Below, in pieces: positions 38,691 through 43,893 of a stretch of DNA of 43,893 bases (positions are counted from its first letter, which is position 1; every line of letters begins with the position of its first letter). The notes beneath the pieces are model-generated. The model was not told the origin of the DNA, made no database searches, and was given only the letters and a program-made list of their open reading frames with translations. The stretch lies in IMG/VR virus record IMGVR_UViG_3300005805_000153, positions 1 to 43,893 of that record; one strand, 5' to 3'. The translations under genes were made by a program, and so were the position numbers. The stretch comes from a virus (Duplodnaviria > Caudoviricetes).

Positions 38691-38833
38691 GTATTGAATA
38701 GTTTTTCAAACCATTCGTCTAAATGAACAAGATAACATGACCAATAGTTACATCCTCTGTAAGTTAATTGATAACAGGCTGGTGGCCTATTATCTTTATC
38801 CATATCATCATGATGATATGTGTAGTTTTCCAT
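38678..38833 (-). CDS. Micro-ORF (51 aa) with LTYRG motif (not in ORF track)
   Basis: MENYTYHHDDMDKDNRPPACYQLTYRGCNYWSCYLVHLDEWFEKLFNTEGS; TAATG coupling. Confidence 0.7.
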   Translation of the reverse strand: MENYTYHHDDMDKDNRPPACYQLTYRGCNYWSCYLVHLDEWFEKLFNTEGS

Positions 38834-38919
38834 TACCTGTCCAACCACTGAACATAAATGGATAAAAATATGGTTGTTAAAGCAATCGCAGCAGTGGATG
38901 AAACTATGAACTGTGTCAT
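38833..38919 (-). CDS. Micro-ORF (28 aa), single transmembrane peptide (not in ORF track)
   Basis: MTQFIVSSTAAIALTTIFLSIYVQWLDR; AGGAG ribosome-binding site; TAATG overlaps at both ends. Confidence 0.65.
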   Translation of the reverse strand: MTQFIVSSTAAIALTTIFLSIYVQWLDR

Positions 38920-39017
38920 TACTTTGCTCCTACTAATTGAGCTAGTTGGGCTTGATGACGACGTTGTTCTTTTTGTTTCTGTTCCTTAATGAGTTGAAGA
39001 AAATTGAGTTTCTTCAT
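38919..39017 (-). CDS. Micro-ORF (32 aa), Gln/Lys-rich (not in ORF track)
   Basis: MKKLNFLQLIKEQKQKEQRRHQAQLAQLVGAK; AAGGAGG ribosome-binding site; TGATG coupling. Confidence 0.7.
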   Translation of the reverse strand: MKKLNFLQLIKEQKQKEQRRHQAQLAQLVGAK

Positions 39018-39151
39018 CACTTAACCTCCTTTACAAAACGAACACCACGATAGGTCTCGTTGTACTGTTGAGGTTGTTGTTGGGTTTGAGCCTGTTGTTG
39101 TCTACGAACTTCAGTATCGTAGGCTTGGCCGCGATATACGACTTTAGACAT
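39017..39151 (-). CDS. DUF4278-like YRG peptide (44 aa; not in ORF track)
   Basis: MSKVVYRGQAYDT...NETYRGVRFVKEVK with two YRG motifs; AAGGAG ribosome-binding site. Confidence 0.82.
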   Translation of the reverse strand: MSKVVYRGQAYDTEVRRQQQAQTQQQPQQYNETYRGVRFVKEVK

Positions 39152-39182
39152 TAGGGTTCTCCTTAAGTGTTAAGTTAAAGAG

Positions 39183-39397
39183 CGTTCCTTCAGTCGGCTT
39201 TTGCGTCTTGAAAACAACCTTTCTTAGTGATCTGTTTGACTTCCCATACAAGATTATTTTTTTGTTGGGGAGTGACAACCTCACTGGCATTAATTCTACC
39301 AATGAGAAGTTGTGCTTGAAGACACGTTAGGAAAAGTTGTTCCATAGATGAACGATCCGTTCCGAGTCGGCTTACTTCCGTCCCATAGGGATGAACG
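39183..39397 (-). ncRNA. Tandem glutamine-riboswitch-like element (glnA / Downstream-peptide class); second unit interrupted
   Basis: Unit 1 reads CGTTCATCCC-TAT-GGGACGGAAGTAAGCCGACTCGGAACG; unit 2 reads CGTTCATC...GACGCAAAAGCCGACTGAAGGAACG; lies upstream of a YRG peptide. Confidence 0.7.
39190..39345 (-). CDS. 51-aa ORF embedded in the second aptamer-like unit (not in ORF track)
   Basis: MEQLFLTCLQAQLLIGRINASEVVTPQQKNNLVWEVKQITKKGCFQDAKAD. Confidence 0.7.
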   Translation of the reverse strand: MEQLFLTCLQAQLLIGRINASEVVTPQQKNNLVWEVKQITKKGCFQDAKAD

Positions 39398-39481
39398 TAA
39401 GGTCATTATAGACCTGTTAAATTATATAGGCAACAGTTGTATCAAATTACACAAAATGTTTATCTTGATACAACTAGTACT

Positions 39482-39820
39482 TTACAGTTCTGGATTTTCT
39501 TCAAACTCCTTAACAAGTTTGTCAACGATAGTCTCTTGACCACTTAGTTTTTGAATTTGAAAAAGATTTGACTTGGCATACTTCTTAAGTTTCTTGTATT
39601 GTTTCACAACTTTCTTCATCTCTTGCATGTTGACCGTGTAGTTGTCAAGGTTTTGACGTGGATCAGTTACCTCAACGTCATCAACCATATCACGGCCGCC
39701 AACAAAACCTCCAGTTTCAGCTACCTTGAATTCAGGTTTGTAGCCACCACCGCCGAGACCAAGTTGTTTATTTTCTTCTTCTCTTTTCTCTGCTTCCTCA
39801 AGCATCTCTTCGTGGGTCAT
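39482..39820 (-). CDS. Hypothetical protein
   Basis: 112-aa ORF with ATGA coupling. Confidence 0.7.
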   Translation of the reverse strand: MTHEEMLEEAEKREEENKQLGLGGGGYKPEFKVAETGGFVGGRDMVDDVEVTDPRQNLDNYTVNMQEMKKVVKQYKKLKKYAKSNLFQIQKLSGQETIVDKLVKEFEENPEL

Positions 39821-40134
39821 TTCTTTTTCTTGTCAGTTTCATTCCTATACATCCAAAGTTTGGGATTAACAGTTCCGTCAGTCCACTTCCACTTTTGAAT
39901 TACATTATAACCAAAAACCTCATGGTATGCATCAAAGATGGGAACTTGAAGCCCCATCACGATGTCATGCCATGTATCATCTCCATCCTTACATGTCACT
40001 AGGTAACTTGTATTTGGAAGTGACTTATCTTTTGCAGCTTCTGGATCGCAATTGGAATGGAGGACGGTGGCGCCCATTCTTTTCATCTTCTGGACATCAC
40101 CACTTCCCAATACCATCAGGACCTCCATCCCCAA
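39817..40134 (-). CDS. Conserved hypothetical protein (start uncertain)
   Basis: NCDPE...LPNTSYLV...IFDAY...GTVNPKLW. Confidence 0.7.
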   Translation of the reverse strand: MGMEVLMVLGSGDVQKMKRMGATVLHSNCDPEAAKDKSLPNTSYLVTCKDGDDTWHDIVMGLQVPIFDAYHEVFGYNVIQKWKWTDGTVNPKLWMYRNETDKKKK

Positions 40135-40577
40135 TTGATTTCAGGGAAAGCTTCAGCAACCACTTCCTTAGTCAAAGAGAACTTTTCCTCTAGACGTTTG
40201 TCTTTGGTAAGGCAAATGACTTCTGCCTCTTCTGCATGAAGTCGTTCCAGAAGTTGAATGAACATACTCTCACGACGCAAAGGTGCAAGACTATCATTAC
40301 CACCTTTTACAAAGTGATAGAGGTTCTTGTACTCTGAAGTCAAACGATTGTGATCAGTTCCTTTTGGTGCCTCATTAGGGCTATAAGGAACGTCACCTTC
40401 TGGAAGCATACTCTTTGCAGTTTCATCGAAGTTCCAAATAAGAACAGCGCGAAGTGCAGGGGAATCATACTCCTGAAGAATTTCAACTTTTTTGGCTTTA
40501 GATCTTGCTTTAGATGCAGCGTCAAGAATTTCACTTACCAAAGCATCCTTTGGTAATTTAGTTTTAGTTGCAGGCAT
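40116..40577 (-). CDS. Conserved T4-like hypothetical protein (DUF6433-like)
   Basis: LIWNFD...LPEGDVPY...RRESMFIQLLERLH. Confidence 0.75.
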   Translation of the reverse strand: MPATKTKLPKDALVSEILDAASKARSKAKKVEILQEYDSPALRAVLIWNFDETAKSMLPEGDVPYSPNEAPKGTDHNRLTSEYKNLYHFVKGGNDSLAPLRRESMFIQLLERLHAEEAEVICLTKDKRLEEKFSLTKEVVAEAFPEINWGWRS

Positions 40578-40579
40578 AA

Positions 40580-40816
40580 TTACTCGTCGTCATCGTAATA
40601 ATTGTCTTCGTCGATTACAAATCGAAGTGCGGTTAGTTCAGTGCTAAGTAAGTTTCCATCTGTGTCATACATTTCTGGATGGGTTGTAACTTGAGCAGTC
40701 TTAAGATCCATGTACTCGTTGTACTTTTCACTTGCAAACCATCCTACCACAAACCCAACCAATGTACCACCCATGCAGAAGAGAGTGGCAAAAACTAGAG
40801 TTACTCCTATTAACAT
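40580..40816 (-). CDS. Small membrane protein
   Basis: N-terminal transmembrane helix, HPEMYDTDGN motif, acidic tail. Confidence 0.75.
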   Translation of the reverse strand: MLIGVTLVFATLFCMGGTLVGFVVGWFASEKYNEYMDLKTAQVTTHPEMYDTDGNLLSTELTALRFVIDEDNYYDDDE

Positions 40817-40874
40817 TTTTCTTTCCTAGAGAGACTACTAATAAAACTTACTTACGCACCTCCAACTCTCTGGT

Positions 40875-41225
40875 TTATTTAGAGACCTTCTTGCGTCTTC
40901 CAGGTCGTTTGTCATGACTATACTGCCAGGCATCTTGCAGTATACCATAAAGATACTCCTTGATCTTTCTAGCCTGTGGTTTTGGAATATGACCATAGGC
41001 TTCACGAAGGTATTTGTGATTGTAGTCACTACCACCTTCAAGATATTCTTCTAGTTCATTTACAAGATCACTCAGTTCTGTTGCGGTTGAACTGGTGATG
41101 AACTCCTCTACTTCAGCTCTTTTTGTTCCACGAACTTTTAGATAGTCATAAAATTTAAGAACAAATTGGCCTTCAAATGCATAATCAATTGCCCTATCAA
41201 CATCGTAGTAGAGTTCACTAGTCAT
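40875..41225 (-). CDS. Conserved hypothetical protein
   Basis: LREAYGHIPKPQARKIK; start at 41225 by TAATG coupling. Confidence 0.75.
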   Translation of the reverse strand: MTSELYYDVDRAIDYAFEGQFVLKFYDYLKVRGTKRAEVEEFITSSTATELSDLVNELEEYLEGGSDYNHKYLREAYGHIPKPQARKIKEYLYGILQDAWQYSHDKRPGRRKKVSK

Positions 41226-41467
41226 TAAACGATACCTTGTTCTCGTAGATACTTTACGGTGTCTGTACATCCACCTAGTTTTTGATCATCCATTACCACT
41301 TGTGGGAACGTAGATCCTTCACCAAACTCACTATAGAATTGATCCCTGTCAAAATCTACATCAAGTTTATATTCAGTAAACATCAAGTCCTTACCAATAA
41401 GAACTTGTTTGACCATCTCACAGTATGGACAGCCATTTTTAGAGTAAACAGTAAATGTCATTTTCAT
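41225..41467 (-). CDS. Glutaredoxin
   Basis: YSKNGCPYC, TFPQV and LGGC. Confidence 0.93.
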   Translation of the reverse strand: MKMTFTVYSKNGCPYCEMVKQVLIGKDLMFTEYKLDVDFDRDQFYSEFGEGSTFPQVVMDDQKLGGCTDTVKYLREQGIV

Positions 41468-41494
41468 TTTATATATTAGTTTATTGTTTTTAGT

Positions 41495-42130
41495 TTAATT
41501 AATGTGATGACTATCAAGAGTTACATTACCAGAGATAGAGATTCTATATTCTTCACAATTAAAAAATGGATAAACTTGATGATGAAGTTTTGAAGGAAAG
41601 AACACTAATGTACCTTCTATTTCTGGATTCATTTCATACAAATGGTATTGTAATTCACCAAGTATATTCGAATATTGGAACTGAAATGTGGAAATGAATT
41701 TTGAATTTGAGTTTGATGAAACTGAATTTTGATTTTGATCTAGATGTCTTGTAGGTATTTTCATCCAAATTACAAAACTATACACTCCAGTATGATGGTG
41801 TATTGGATTGTATTCATTTTGTTTTTGAAAGTTCACCCAAAGCGAATGAAGGATGTAAGGATGTGATGCATTTGTTGGGACTTCTTTTCCAATATTATCA
41901 AATACTTCTGCATATAATGTGCAAAGTGGTAAGATAGTATTGTTAAAAAACCAATCATTAGTATCAGTTAACGCATAACTTTCATGAATATTTCCAGCAA
42001 GGGTTGATTTTACAGAATGTAAATGGTTATCAACATAGTTCCACAGTTGATTCATTTCTTCTTCAGAAAGTTTTTTTTCTATCCATCCATAATTTTTTGG
42101 AATTACTATTTGTACATTGTTCTCAGTCAT
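41495..42130 (-). CDS. Putative 2OG-Fe(II) oxygenase (TIGR02466-like)
   Basis: WVNFQ, NPIHHH, FFPSKLHHQVYPF and RISISGN. Confidence 0.82.
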   Translation of the reverse strand: MTENNVQIVIPKNYGWIEKKLSEEEMNQLWNYVDNHLHSVKSTLAGNIHESYALTDTNDWFFNNTILPLCTLYAEVFDNIGKEVPTNASHPYILHSLWVNFQKQNEYNPIHHHTGVYSFVIWMKIPTRHLDQNQNSVSSNSNSKFISTFQFQYSNILGELQYHLYEMNPEIEGTLVFFPSKLHHQVYPFFNCEEYRISISGNVTLDSHHIN

Positions 42131-42308
42131 AATTATTTTCACACTTCAAATGAAAAGTTCCATTAACATAACAAGATTTACCAGGCTCATAATACCTGGT
42201 AACTTGTGGTGGTGATTGATTAATTACACAATAATCACCTTGACCAGTCACGAATTCATTGGCACAATATTGCAGGAGAAATGGTGCAAGGATTTTAAGA
42301 GAATACAT
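42123..42308 (-). CDS. Small Cys-containing hypothetical protein
   Basis: MYSLKILAPFLLQYC...YYEPGKSCYVNGTFHLKC; start taken at 42308. Confidence 0.55.
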   Translation of the reverse strand: MYSLKILAPFLLQYCANEFVTGQGDYCVINQSPPQVTRYYEPGKSCYVNGTFHLKCENNYD

Positions 42309-42675
42309 GGAGGTCGGTGTGCCTGACTTCTTGTATGATACCATCCTTGAAGTACACATGACAAGAGGGCCACTTGGAATAGTGTCCATCAAAATTCGCA
42401 GGATAGAGCTCCACCACCTTAAAAATATAAACTGGTTTTACTCTTCCATGATTGCCATTTGGAACATTTTTAAAAGAATTCCAAATACGAGTTCGTTCTT
42501 CTTCAGGAATTTCTACGAAATCATGAGTTCCAGAATAGTCAACTTCAAATAACTGACCAGTTGGAGAGATCCAATAGTCATTCATACAACAGTCCAGATC
42601 TTTTGTCTGGAGTTCTTTGTTTAAGTATCCTGGTCCAAGATCATATGAAGATCTTACGGTGTCAAACATTCCCAT
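42295..42675 (-). CDS. Hypothetical protein
   Basis: MGMFDTV...LQTKDLDC; AGGAG ribosome-binding site. Confidence 0.75.
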   Translation of the reverse strand: MGMFDTVRSSYDLGPGYLNKELQTKDLDCCMNDYWISPTGQLFEVDYSGTHDFVEIPEEERTRIWNSFKNVPNGNHGRVKPVYIFKVVELYPANFDGHYSKWPSCHVYFKDGIIQEVRHTDLHVFS

Positions 42676-42689
42676 TTGTTTACTCCTAT

Positions 42690-42729
42690 AAAAAAAGGGG
42701 TATCAACTGGATGTTGCCAGTTACCCCTC
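42690..42729 (-). terminator. Intrinsic terminator with compound stem
   Basis: AGGGGT-AACTGG-loop-CCAGTT-GAT-ACCCCT followed by a T-run. Confidence 0.75.
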
Positions 42730-42752
42730 TTATGCGCCGACGATATTCAGTT

Positions 42753-43040
42753 TTATTTAGAAGATTGTGAAGGAACCACAGGACTGCGGCTGCGATTTTT
42801 GATCACAATGAAAGCATCATTCTGGTAAGAGATAGTTCCATATGGTTTAGCCCACTTAGGGTTTGCACCTTCTGTTTGATTAATGCCACTGAAAGCAACA
42901 CCACCAATCTCTACACGAATGTCATCCCATGGTTCCCATCCAAGAGTTTTAATCTTCTCTTGAATGATATCCATCATCCCCCCATCCGTCCACAGGCGAT
43001 CCGTCATCACGTTCTCTTCTGGTTCTAGATTTCCGTTCAT
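42753..43040 (-). CDS. Hypothetical protein
   Basis: 95-aa ORF on the gene-dense strand. Confidence 0.7.
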   Translation of the reverse strand: MNGNLEPEENVMTDRLWTDGGMMDIIQEKIKTLGWEPWDDIRVEIGGVAFSGINQTEGANPKWAKPYGTISYQNDAFIVIKNRSRSPVVPSQSSK

Positions 43041-43116
43041 TTTTCAAATAGTAAAGATTGGGCCAAGTATCCTGAATTATACCACGAAGTTTGTAAGGTG
43101 TCTCTGAACTAATCAT
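42949..43116 (-). CDS. Small hypothetical protein following psbA
   Basis: MISSETPYKLRGIIQDTWPNLYY; overlaps the next gene by 92 nt. Confidence 0.5.
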   Translation of the reverse strand: MISSETPYKLRGIIQDTWPNLYYLKNERKSRTRRERDDGSPVDGWGDDGYHSRED

Positions 43117-43135
43117 CTTGAGTATTGTGAGACAT

Positions 43136-43161
43136 AAAAAAAGAGGGTTGTTACACCCTCT
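43136..43161 (-). terminator. psbA terminator
   Basis: GAGGG-TGTAACAA-CCCTC followed by T7. Confidence 0.8.
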
Positions 43162-43188
43162 CATTTATATCAGTTATTCGTTTTTATA

Positions 43189-43893
<705 letters not shown>

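Overview
This is a 43.9-kb segment of a T4-like cyanomyovirus (Kyanoviridae-like) genome, and almost all genes lie on the minus strand. Following minus-strand transcription (high to low coordinates) it contains: the 3' two-thirds of psbA; small accessory genes (2OG-Fe(II) oxygenase, glutaredoxin); a tandem glutamine-riboswitch-like leader with a string of micro-ORFs including a YRG/DUF4278-like peptide; thyX, phoH, an exonuclease, gp33, gp59 and gp32; a short plus-strand late block (gp4, gp2, gp48, gp53); the baseplate/hub block (gp54-like, gp26, gp51, a transglycosylase protein, CP12, gp5); five tRNAs; large fibre genes; and an early-type cluster (HExxH protein, adenine methyltransferase, truncated SF2 helicase). 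The best candidate for an undescribed system is a 1180-aa collagen-like fibre gene (Gly-Pro-Thr/Gly-Pro-Gln rich, with an S74 chaperone) followed by four tightly coupled genes: two 2OG-Fe(II) oxygenases, a beta-propeller glycoside enzyme and a TPR-WavE-like protein. Together they look like a phage-encoded collagen-modification cassette. The second candidate is a glutamine-aptamer-like element split by an embedded 51-codon ORF. All family assignments come from motif recognition by eye; no database searches were run.
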